A DNA stretch of 64,000 nucleotides, taken from positions 112,537-176,536 of the forward strand of contig MCFE01000090.1 of the NCBI GenBank assembly GCA_002104905.1, given 5' to 3'. Numbering within the stretch: the stretch's first letter is position 1; every line of letters starts with the position of its first letter. Position numbers and translations under genes: made by a program. Positions 51,431-62,389 of this stretch are shown here, piece by piece. The notes beneath the pieces are model-generated. The model was given only the letters and a program-made list of their open reading frames with translations, was not told where the DNA came from and made no database searches. The DNA comes from Basidiobolus meristosporus CBS 931.73. Lineage: Eukaryota > Fungi > Basidiobolomycota.

Positions 51431-52665
51431 ATTGTACTATTGAGTTGTTGTGAACGTGTTGAATCCATGGCACAAAGCTCGTAATATATAGCTGAGGAGA
51501 TCTGAGGAAGGTCAATCCAACAAATACCAGATCACAACGCGCCCACTATTCTAGGCCAGGATTTAACGGGGCTAACCATAACTAGTGGCCTATAGGAATT
51601 CAATTCCTACCATCGAGTTGAAGTTGAGATAGGAAATTTCCAAAATCCCCAGTCAAATCAATCTGGATCTTGCTTACTTCAAGTTATCCACCAGATATGG
51701 AAACCACAAGTTTGTCACAGATTGGTGCAGAAATCCTCGATGAAGATTGACTACTGCCCTATTTGGTCATGGAAGTCAATTTGGCACGCCCCTAGATCTT
51801 CATTTCCGATTAGGGATTAGTCTTTCATCTCAGCGCGCAGTATCAGTTGTTTGCTTTTCGTTATAGAAGATCAGGAAGGTCCCTTGTTAGTAGGGTGACC
51901 AATTCCCGGTGATCGAAGGACCCCACCCACCATAGTGTAAACACGGAATATCGAACTCAAGTCTAGACTCTGTCAATATAGGCCTATGTAGATCTGAATA
52001 TCTGAGATCTGTCATCTAAAATGGGTGCGGAGATGGCGGATTTTTTTGATCGGTTACTTTCGTTTTATCATTATCTTTATCCAATTGTTGTGTGTTGATA
52101 GAGCTTTGATAGGATTCTCCATGCTTGAGCCATATGTGTATTGCGGTTTCGGAACAAGTGTGATTTCATCTATTACATTCTATTGTTGGTTAATGTGTGT
52201 GTTGACCCATACGGTAGTAATGATTTGGAGCAGCCACGAAACTGCAATTGTTACAGAGTAAACCCGTAATATCAAACCATAATATAAGCACTACGTCTTT
52301 ACCCTCTAAAGTGTATACATCTTCTACTCGTATATGTTAAGGCTAGAGGGGCCTTTGTTGTAGACTCCATAATTCCTGCTGCTAAAAGTAAGTAAACATT
52401 AGATATCTATAACGCATCTCTTACATGCGAAGACCGAGTTAATTAACTTGAAGTAAATCTGGTGATAAACACAAATAATAATTACGACTAGCCAGTACTA
52501 TATGCATCTCCGAGCAACAATCCTACTTCTCAATGTTATGATACTTCAGTCAAGCGTGATAAACGCATAGAAGGTAGGTCACACTGGAAAACGAGATAGA
52601 GTGATGTTTCACTTATTTATTTATTGGGGTATTTTCTATTGGGTATCTGAGCTGGACCTCTTCTC

Positions 52666-53211
52666 CTATTCATACCAGATGAAGGACACTCCTTCGCCAG
52701 GCCAGAAGTTAACATATGTGGTGATGTAGGGACCGCCGCGTCCATTCTCAACGTAGTTCCAGTTGCTGGTGTAGACACTTCCGTCGTCGTTGATGCTCTC
52801 GACGACCGCGACATGGCCATAGGAGTCGCAACCCTGATATCCAGGCTGGATGGCAATGATCGAAGGAACTCGTGGCTCGCTGGAGACAACCCAGCCTTCG
52901 GTGTTTTCAGCGCTTGCTGGCCACGTCTTGGCATTCCCCCACCACTGAGTGTGATGACAGGTGAGCTGGTAATAACGAGCATCTGCCCAATCGGTGCATT
53001 GGCCGTTATCGAAGCGAAATTGCAGTGAGCATGCATTGTAGAGCTCGGATAGACCAGCGAGCTGAGCATGTGATCCAGATGCCTCGGTAGCGTTTGATGA
53101 GCCTGAGGTGGTGCTTGGAGTGGTCGAGGTGGGAAGCGCTTGGACAGCCAGACTTAGAAGACCAACGGCAGCGACAACAGCGCCCGAAAGAAAGGAAGAG
53201 ATTTTGACCAT
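52666..53211 (-). CDS. secreted CHAP-domain amidase/peptidase, type B copy 4
   Basis: 181 aa, intact. Confidence 0.9.
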   Translation of the reverse strand: MVKISSFLSGAVVAAVGLLSLAVQALPTSTTPSTTSGSSNATEASGSHAQLAGLSELYNACSLQFRFDNGQCTDWADARYYQLTCHHTQWWGNAKTWPASAENTEGWVVSSEPRVPSIIAIQPGYQGCDSYGHVAVVESINDDGSVYTSNWNYVENGRGGPYITTYVNFWPGEGVSFIWYE

Positions 53212-54941
53212 GTTGTACTATTGAGTTGTTGTGAACGTGTTGAATCCATGGCACAAACCTCGCAATATATAGCTGAGGAGATCTGAGGAAGGCTAACCCA
53301 GCAAACAACAGATCGTAGTCCGCTAACTATTCCAGGCCAGGATTTAACGGGGATAACCATAACCAGTGGCCTTAGGAATTCTATTGCTATCATCCAGTTA
53401 AAGTTGGGCCAACGATTCCTACAGTTCTCAATCGATTCGATGTGGATCTGGCTCACCTTCGCTTATTGGATAGTACATCTGAACACCATATATGGTGGAG
53501 TACATGGTTCTGTATTTTATAATGGAGATATTCAGCCGCCATATTTAGTCATGGTAGTCGATTTGGCACGTCCTTAGATCTGCACTTGCAATTAGGGATG
53601 ATCTCAGTCAGAGGTATATCTGATCTTCTATAAAGAAAGCGAATAATTGTTACTGCGCACCAAGTGATTGTCTAATTCTCAGTACTGCAGTGTAATCACA
53701 TATTAATGAGTTCAAGTCCAGACTGTGTGAGCGTAAGCGTATGTGAAACGTTCATTATAAGCCAATAAGAGGAGCTTAGCTGATAATTTCAACATGCTAC
53801 ATCACTTGTTTCATCATCTCAGCCATTTATTTTGGATCGACAAAGCTTTGATAAGATTCGCCTCACTTGAGCCATGCGCTTCTTGCTGTTGCTGAATCCA
53901 CACAGCTTTATGCATCATATTTCATTGTTGGCTGATGTCCATCTTGACAGGTGAGCTATTTATACTTTTTAGCGATTACATATCCAATATTTTTACAAGA
54001 TAAAACTAAAGTACAATGATTATATCTGTTGATGGGTGCTCGTTGTTTGATCATCATGGCTAAAGAATACTGAAAACAAACAAAGATAGAAAATATTACC
54101 AAGATGTAGGTGCTGTAGCCAAGCCTGCAAAAGGCAAGCAAAGGCCTGAAAAGGTTAGAATCTGTTTGCAAAAACAGCACACAATCAATGAATGCTCTAG
54201 AAAGAGAAGAAGGTACTCCTGAGTTCTACAGTTGGCTCTGTTGGTGTAAGTAACATTTTCACACACCCTATAAGAGAAAAAATATACTTCAAATCTTGAC
54301 ATACTCAATGGCTAATATATATCATTGTTATTGCTGTATCCAAGAGAAAAGTGTAATAAACTCTTGAATTAGTTAACTGAACCTAAGTGATGACTAAGTG
54401 CAGAATCTTAGAATTGTGAAGGGTGACAGAAATATTAGCAGAGAAGTTCTGGTCTAAAATTGGTTTTGTATATAGTTGAGTTGGGCTATAAAGGCAGCAG
54501 AGTTGGCTTGCTATATAGGCTAGGCTTGGTGTTCTTGGGAATACTGGATGTGCTAGGCTTGGGTGAAAACTAGAACAGAATTGTGGAATTCTTGATTTTG
54601 CTGAGCACATTAATTTGTGAGCACACACTAAACCAAAAGGTTCAGTAAACTTTATTTATACTTTTCTGATTGAGTAGACATTAGTAAGTGCCAAGAGATT
54701 GGACTAATTGAAATCTGTTAGGGTGTTGATAGGTGCATAAGATAAATGAAAAATTGCATCATTAATTGGCTGATGTCTTGGCAACTGCTAAGTGGTTGGA
54801 TAAATCTCAGATGACTAATCACTTGGAAAGGCTTAGCAGATCAGTTAAGGACATCATGACCTCATGAAAATTGATCAGGTATAACAGCTAATACAGACTG
54901 TGAGAAGTGATAAATTAAACCATTACAGGGATTAGTTATGT

Positions 54942-56100
54942 TTAGGTTAGGGATATACAGGGGAGACAGTCACCAATGGATGATATTTTATTTCAGTTGA
55001 AACAAAAAAGCCAGTGCTACTGTTGTAGCTTTGATACAAGAGTGTGTAGCTGAGGGGAATTTGTAGGCAAGTTAATAAGGAGAGATCATAGTTCTTCAGT
55101 ACTTAAGACACTGTTCTGTGGGAAGGGGGTAGCAAGAGGGGTAAGAATAATTTGTGAACAACATTGATAAGGGGAATGTGACAAGGATTGATACTCATCA
55201 TCAAGGGAGTGTGCTGTTTCAGATATTGCTGCTAAAGGTCTGTCAAGTACTTCAGGTAGGCCAGCTTGGGTTTCTCTGACTGCAAAATATAATGAGCAAA
55301 CTTCTTGACTTCAGGATACCCAAGTATTGCTTTCCTACAGGAGCCAGGTGTAGTGTGGTGGGTTCTCTTCCAGGCCTTAATCAGTGGATTGTTGCAGTGG
55401 TGAAGTCTGAGATATAATCTGGTTCTAAGGTAGTGAAGTCTGATCTTATAGGGCATAAGCCCAAAAGCACCAAGAATAGCATGTCTGTAGGGGCATTCAG
55501 GCAAATGAGGCACCAAGGTGGTAATAGCACCATACTGCAAACTTGTCAAGCTTAGTGCAGTCTCTAGAAGTAAGAGAGAGAAGTGGTAAGCCAAATTCCA
55601 GGACAGGGAAGACAAACTGCTTGAGTAGAAGGATGGCAGCTGGGAGCAGAAGTTGTAGGAGGTGTAACACCCAGTAGCTTGTGGGGTGCCTGTCTTGCCA
55701 GGATAATTCTCTTCTTCAGGTGTGCTCCAGAGTCTAGTCCAGTAGGAAGGAAAGGAAAGCCAAGATATGTAGCAGAAACCTGAGCAGGTAGAGTGGCAGT
55801 TGTCTCAAGTTGATAGGACAGCCCAAAGGTACTGTCTTTGCAATGGAAAGCTGGAGATTACTCTTCTGCAGATACTGGTGGATGGTCTGGGAGTCTTGTT
55901 GCACATTGGAGGAGAATATTCTGATGTCATCAGCAAAGAGAGTAACCAGGCAGTCAGCTGAGAGATCTTGGAAAGTCAATCAGGAAGATGGCAAGCAGAA
56001 TAGGACCAAGCACAGAGCCTTGAACCACTCCATTAGGAACTGAGAACACAGATGATTGCTCACTTTGGTGCAGAACTTTTGCTTGTGGATCCAGAAACAG
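54942..56100 (-). mobile_element. non-LTR retroelement family X, copy 1; 5'-truncated within RT, degenerate
   Basis: ttaggttaggg at left (3') end; GVPNGVVQGSVLGP and LFADD in broken frames; C-terminus ...LVSKLQQ* at 55017. Confidence 0.85.
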
Positions 56101-56934
56101 AGGGGGGGAGACAGTCACCAACAGGTGAAATCTTTATTTCAGTTGAAACAAACAAGCCAGTGCTACTGTTGTAGCTTTGATACAAGAGTGTGTAGCTGAG
56201 GGGAATTTACAGGTAAGTTAATAAGAAGTGATGATAGTACTTCAGTGCTCAAGACACTGTTCAGTGAGAAGGGGTGTAGCATGTGAGGTAAGAATGACTT
56301 GTGAACAACATTAATGAGGGGAATGTGATAAGGATTGATACTCATCATCAAGGGAGTGTGCTGCTGCAGATATTGCTGCCAAAGGTCTGTCAAGTATTTC
56401 AGGTAGGCCAGCTTGGGTTGTTCTGACTGCAGCATATAATGAGCAAACTTCTTGACTTCAGGATCTCCAAGTATAGTTCTCCAGCAGGAGCCAGGTGTAG
56501 TGTGGTGTGTTCTCTTCCAGGCCTTAATCAGAGGGTTGTTGCAGTGGTGAAGTCTGAGACATAATCTGGTTCTAAGGTAGAGAAGTCTGATCTTATAGGG
56601 CATAAACCCAAAAGCACCAAGAATAGCATGTCTGTAGGGGCATTCAGGCAAATGAGGCACCAAGGAGGTAATGCACCATACTGCAAACTTGTCAAGCTTA
56701 GTGCAGTCTCTAGAAGTAAGAGTGAGAAGTGGTAAGCCAAATTCCAGGAAAGGGAAGGCTAACTGCTTGAGTAGAGAGAGGCAGCTGGGAGCAGAAGTTT
56801 TAGGAGTTGTAACAACCAGTAGCTTGCGGAGTGCCTGTCTTGCCAGGATAATTCTCTTCTTCAGGTGTGCTCCAGAGTCTAGTCCAGTAGGAAGGAAAGG
56901 AAAGCCAAGATATGTAGCAGAAGCCTGAGCAGGT
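56101..56934 (-). mobile_element. non-LTR retroelement family X, copy 2; 5'-truncated
   Basis: Same 3' terminus (ggggagacagtcaccaacaggtgaaatctttattt) and RT C-terminal region as X1 and X3. Confidence 0.85.
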
Positions 56935-57903
56935 AGGGTGTAGGAGTTATAGTAAGGGCTAGGAAATGGTTAGAAGAGCAGGGGGTCTGGGGGACGCAGT
57001 CCCCTGAAGAATAAAAAAGCAGGGGGTTTGGGGGATGCAATCCCCCATACTGCTCCCATACTCTTTAAATTCCCTTTGGATTACTTTTCTCTCATCTTGG
57101 TTCTGGTCCCTTAGGGTTACAATTCCTCCTCCTAACCCTTATCACCCTAACCATAAATATTTTTACCCAACAATTGGCACATTGTCTGCTCATATAATGG
57201 GCATGTCTGGGCCAATATTTATCTCCCTATACTGTCCATATGCTCTGTATAATTCTTGATGACTATTTAATTAATAAATTGTTACTTTTAATGTATATCT
57301 GATAATTAATGGGAATCATCCCAAACTGGCCACAATCCCATATTTTGATAAGCTTCAGGCACCATAAATTGCGTGGCCCTAATATGATAAAAAAATTCAT
57401 GGCCAATACAAATTTTCTGTAACCCAATTGCTTTTACCAAATATAAAGTGTATCCCAAAGTTCAATATATATTATGGCTATGATAGAAACTTTATTTGAC
57501 ACCATTGCAACTACTACTTGTGTTCTATGCGCACATGTATCCTGCGGGAATTGTAAAACTTGGCCACATGGTACAAAAGTGCTTTTATTTTTCATCATGA
57601 TAGTTTTACATGAGTTCCTAACGCACTTTGAAAGTACGCAGTAGCCATACCCCAACAGGTTTTAAGGATGTCCACTAGCTACGTCTACTTGTGTCTAACA
57701 AGAGCCAGCAATCATCAGCCGCGCAATACTGAAATGCTTTTATTTTTCATCATGCTAGTTTTGTATGAATCCCTAACGCACTTTCATAGTGCGCGGTAAC
57801 CATACCCCAACAGGTTTAGGGGAGGGAAAGTCACCAAGTTGGTGAAATCTTTATTTGAGTTAAGAACTAATCTAAGTACAAATAAAGAAGCCAATTAAGA
57901 GGT

Positions 57904-60753
57904 CTAGAACCTCTCTGATAAGTAATCTAATTTATGTTTTGTTTCATCTCTAATGTTTGTTTCAATAAAGTAAAGCTCATCAGGGGTAAATATAAAATTC
58001 AGGGGTTTTGGGGGAAGTACAAATTGTAGATGTTTCTGATCAATATAATCCAAGACTGGAACCCAGCCTGGGATTAGGTGTAGTAGGAAAGGTGTGTGGA
58101 CTTGTAAGTAGCTCTGCCACATAGATCTTAGATGGTCCTGAGCTAGTAGTCTTGGTTTCTCAGCTTTTTGAAGTCTTGAAGCAAGCTCTGTTACTACAGC
58201 AGAGCCAACCAGGGTGTGCCAGCAAGAAGATTTCAGGGAGGAGTTAGATTGAAGCCATTGTTTGATGGAGGGGTTATGTGATTTCTGAAGTTTGACTAGG
58301 AAGGAAGCCTGGAGATAGATCATTCGGATTTGGTATGGGTAGAACCCAAAGGCTCCATTAGTTGCATGGATATAGGGAGATACTGGAAGATAAGGTACCA
58401 AGGATCTGATACACTGATGGAGAAATTTATCCAGGCGGTGAAGTTCTCTGGAGGTTAGGGGTATAATGTGGAGACCAAATTCAAGTACTGGCAGTACATA
58501 CTGCTTCAGGAGTATAGGGATCTTTTGAATTGGAGTGTCTGGAGTGACTACTACCAGAAGCTTTTTGAGAGCCTGTTGGGCAAGATGGATCCTATTATTC
58601 AGGTGGAGCTTTGAGTCAATCCCATGTTGACAAAACGGCAGACCTAGATATATTGCAGTTTGTTGTGGCAGAATGCTAGTGTTCTGTATAGTTGTAGTGC
58701 ATCCAATTGGGACTGTCTTGGAAATTGAGAGTGAGAGGTTGTTGGCAGCCAAGTACTTCTCAATGATGGCAGTGTCTGCTATGGGATTAGGAGTAGCAAT
58801 CTTGATATCATCCGCATAGAGAGTTAGTAGTGGATAGGGAGAGTCTGGTGAGGGGCCTTTTGGAAATAAAGGAAAGTCATGTAGGAATATCACAAATAGT
58901 AAGGGACCTAGAACAGATCCTTGGACTACTCCATTTGGAACCTCATAAGTCTCTGATGTGCAACTTGGATGCAAAATTTTGGCTGAGTTCTCACAAAATA
59001 GAGAACGTACAAGAAGGGTCATTGGTAGTGTGGTAACTGCTAATAGCTTTCTCCAAAGCAGAGCTCTGTCCACAGAGTCAAAGGCTTTAGTAATGTCAAA
59101 CAGAATGGTTGGCAATGAGAATTGAAGTGAATGATCATGGCTTAGCACTACAGCCATATCCAAGGAGAGTTTGGGCAAGAAGCCAAGCTGAGAAGGATGG
59201 AATGGATATAGTTGAGATTGCAAGGATCTTGCTATTATAAGCTCAAAGATTTTCCGGCAGGTTGGTAGGAGTGAAACTGGCCGGTAAGAACCTGGGAGTG
59301 AGTGTTTCCCCTTCCCTTTGTATAAGGGTATTACATTTGCCTGTGACCAGGCCTTTGGGGTAGTCAATTGTTGGGCACAGATAGAGTAGAATGGGAGAAG
59401 TAAGTGACTCATTTTGGAGTAGCACACCCGGAGTAGATTGTAGGTAATCAAGTCATGTCCAGGTGCAGTATTTGCAGGAAGCTTCTTTAAAATTTTCTCC
59501 AGAAGCTTTGCTGAAACCACAATTGGAGATGTTGGACTGCTGGATATGTTACCAGTATGGTAGAAAGGAGGAGTGGGATGCACAGTTGAATCAAAGAATA
59601 TAGGGGCCAGTTTGTCTGGTGATGGTATACTCCTTGCTTGGGGTCTCATGGCTTTGTATACTCTTGATATGGACCTTGTGGTGGCATTCATATTTACTAA
59701 GGGCAAGGTATCCATGATATGAGCCCATAATCTAGTATGCTCAGTGATCTGTAGTGACTTGGAGTAGGAGATTGCGCTTTCCAGGAGGTTCTGTGTTTTT
59801 GGGTTAGGGAAACATAGGTAGCTGGAATTTAAGGCAGAAATGATGGATTTCCATTTAAGTTGGTTTGCAGATGGCTTTTGGTAGGACTTGGTGGGCAGGG
59901 CTAGACAGCCAGTGATTATGATGAAATGCTGGTAAAATAGCCATAATGCATTTATATCATCACAAATCCATGCAGGTAAGCTGGGAAATGCATATTCTGT
60001 AAGCAAGGATAGGTAGTTGGCAAAGTCCTGTGTCTGTGATACTGAAGCTTTGGCTGGCAGGATTGTAAATGGCTGAAGAAGGGTGCCAATTGGTAGGGTT
60101 TTTCTGGCAGAAATGATAATATGTATTGGCTTGTGATCAGATTTCTCTAGTGAACCACAGCTGATATCCTCTGGAATGCTTGTAACCTGGTGGATGTACT
60201 GTAAGGCAGCTGGAGTAGCTGTTACCCAGTCAACACAATGTTGAGCTTGCTGAGTGTTTACAGTGACCAGATGATTTTGTCGGAGGAACTTTGTAAATTG
60301 CTCCTCTCAGGTTCTAAGTCTGGATGAAATAGTGGTGATATTTTCAGGGTGGGGGATATTTATATCTCCCACTACCATACAAGGGATTGATGAGCTGTTG
60401 ATGAATTCTGATGTGGCCAAGAAAATTGCCAGTGTTATGGAGTTAGACAGAGATGGAGGGAGATAGATAATAATGGCTACTATAGTTGGAAGTGTTAGAG
60501 CATAGCAGTAATACTCATAGATGATGGATACATTTGCTGAGGGTGCAAGCTGAGAAGATGAAAGAGCAACAAGTGCCATTGAGTGAGCTGGAAATTTTGG
60601 GTGAGCAGATGAATATGCATTCAGTCTAGAGGGAAGTTTTGGCAACTTAACATCAATTAGTAGGAGCAAGGAATATTCCTTTTTCGGCAAGTTTTCTAAT
60701 TCAGCTACAGTTGGAGTGATGGAGTTGCAATTGAGTAAGAGTATGTTCTGTAG
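57904..60753 (-). CDS. family Y ORF2: APE endonuclease + LINE-type RT, with one in-frame TGA at 60307-60309
   Basis: ILLLNCNS, CMVVGDIN, SDHKP (APE); YRPVSLL, FDITKAFDSV, GVVQGSVLGPLLF, LYADD, YLGLPF (RT); no RNase H or C-terminal Zn finger seen. Confidence 0.88.
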
Positions 60754-61830
60754 TCAGGCAGACTCTGAGGTTGCCCGTTCCTGCTGAAACTCTTGCACTG
60801 CCCTTTGTAAATTTCCAGAATTATTCCACAACTCTTCAAATGGAGCTTGCGTAATGTCTTTCAGGATTCTAATTGCTTCCTCTTTCAAGAAGTAGGCCAC
60901 ATCATAGGTTGGAGCCTGTTTCTTAATGGCAGCAAAGAAAGCCATAATTGCCATGTGAGCTGGCGGCTTGTTGAATATTCCTGGCTCAGTGTCCATTGAC
61001 TCTGGTGGAATGATTGTGAATTTGGTAGGCACCCAGTTTAGATTTTTTGCCAGATACTTAGTCAATGCAGTGGAGAAGTTTCTGTCTACAATCATTTCTA
61101 GGATCTTTCCTCTTCTCCAAGCTAGGTTAACAATTTTTGAAGTGTCAATATTTAGAGAGCGGAATGTATGTCTGATGTTTGATATAGTAGTCCATGGAAC
61201 ATTGGCAAAGTATAGCAAGGACCAATTCTGGAGCTGAGGTAAGTTTGCTGGAGGCTTATAGGTAGACTTCCTGGCAGGTTGTGTGGTAGGCTTTAGTGTT
61301 TCCAAGGTAGCAAGTTGTGGTTGAGACTTTTTGGAATTACGTATGACTTTGGAAAGAATTCTGCCAGCAACTGTGTCAGGAATGTTAGTACTCATTGATG
61401 GTGCAGGGCCTGGCTCCTGGTACTGCTTTTGTAGAATACTTGAGTATGTCTCTTTTTGTTTTCCTTTATCCAATGTGCTATGCCTTGGAATGGGATTTTG
61501 GGGAATAGAGACTTCAGGTATCAACTCTGGGGTCTGGTGATTGTCCAACATTGTTGCTTGAGCTTCCAGCTTTTCCTCTAAGATTTGAACTCTCTGCTTA
61601 AGCTCATCATTTGACGCTATAAGTGTGCATTGTTTGGAGCCAGGTCAGGTGTTGAGTTATGAAGGCAGGTTGAGCAGCATTCTAACTCCTTTGTTTGGTC
61701 ATCCAACTTTTCTTCTAAGGTTTGAACCCTCAATTTGAGTGCACCATTTGAGGTTAGAAGCTCCAAGTTATCAGCCTGCAACTTCTTTAGATCCTGAATA
61801 TCTCAAATATCTGTGCCTGCAAGTCTTTAG
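60754..61830 (-). CDS. family Y ORF1: coiled coil + probable RRM-like domain; frameshifted near its 5' end
   Basis: Repeated helix L(L/I)xSNxxLKxRVQxLEEKL; WSLLYFANVP...SKIVNL...LEMIVD alternating beta/alpha pattern; fold is inferred. Confidence 0.7.
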
Positions 61831-61842
61831 CAGTGATATTTC

Positions 61843-61860
61843 TTAGGGTTAGGGTTAGGG
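61843..61860 (+). repeat. (TTAGGG)3 telomeric repeat at the Y/Z1 junction
   Basis: ttagggttagggttaggg read directly. Confidence 0.95.
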
Positions 61861-62377
61861 GAGGGAAAGTCACCAAGGTAGGTGAAATCTTTATTTGATT
61901 TCAGACAAGTCTAACTACAAATAAAGAAGTCAGCTGGGAATAGAAGATTCCCAAAGTAAACACTAAGTTGAATATGAATAAATCTAAGCTAAAGTTAAGG
62001 CAGTATCCCAGAGTACACTGGAGTTCAGGTTCATGGGGGAGTGAAGTAGATAAGCTTGAGAGATATAATAATCTTTGAGGAAGTGGGTAACAGCAGGTGA
62101 AGGGGAGTTTTTGATAAGTGAAGTGAATCTTGAGAGCAGAGATTCCTCTAATGAGAAGGTCTTGTAAACTGGAGAATCAGGAAACTCTTTGAAGGCATGG
62201 TCAGTAGGTTCCCAGTAAAACTGGTCAGAGACATTTTGAGAGAACTCTTTAGCAATACTTTTGTCAAGTACTACCTCCAGAGTGTGATTGTTGATAAATC
62301 TCATGTTAACAATCTTGGATAAATTGTAACCTTGTTGCTTGAGATACATCCTATGCTCAGATATAGGAATGAACTCC
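61861..62377 (-). mobile_element. family Z copy 1: ORF1-only element, 5'-truncated
   Basis: ORF1-homologous frame stops at 61984 and is followed by a ~125-bp 3' UTR with AATAAA and the shared stem-loop; no pol sequence. Confidence 0.8.
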
Positions 62378-62389
62378 TTAGGGTTAGGG
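62378..62389 (+). repeat. (TTAGGG)2 at the Z1/X3 junction
   Basis: ttagggttaggg read directly. Confidence 0.95.

Larger units (their letters stand above)
49090..53420. repeat. segmental duplication unit 2 (CHAP A+, B-, B-)
   Basis: Paralogous to 43970-48300 with scattered substitutions and indels. Confidence 0.9.
57816..61842 (-). mobile_element. non-LTR retroelement family Y, near full length (ORF1 + APE endonuclease + RT); 5'-truncated at a (TTAGGG)3 junction
   Basis: TTAGGG at 57816-57821, 3' stem-loop, ORF2 and ORF1 as listed separately. Confidence 0.92.

Noticed and set aside
45686-53308. Repeated antisense and alternate-frame ORFs over the CHAP genes (150 aa MLSSLVYP..., 71 aa MAIGVATL..., 135 aa MSSMTERT...)
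   Set aside because: They recur only because the DNA is duplicated; they are shadows of the CHAP frames with no recognisable motifs.
43970-53420. Assembly artefact as the cause of the CHAP duplication
   Set aside because: The units differ by many substitutions and indels and are separated by ~800 bp of unique spacer.
54352-54927. Possible solo LTR bounded by TGTAAT...ATTACA
   Set aside because: Flanks (aaaag vs gggat) give no target duplication and there is no second copy in the window.
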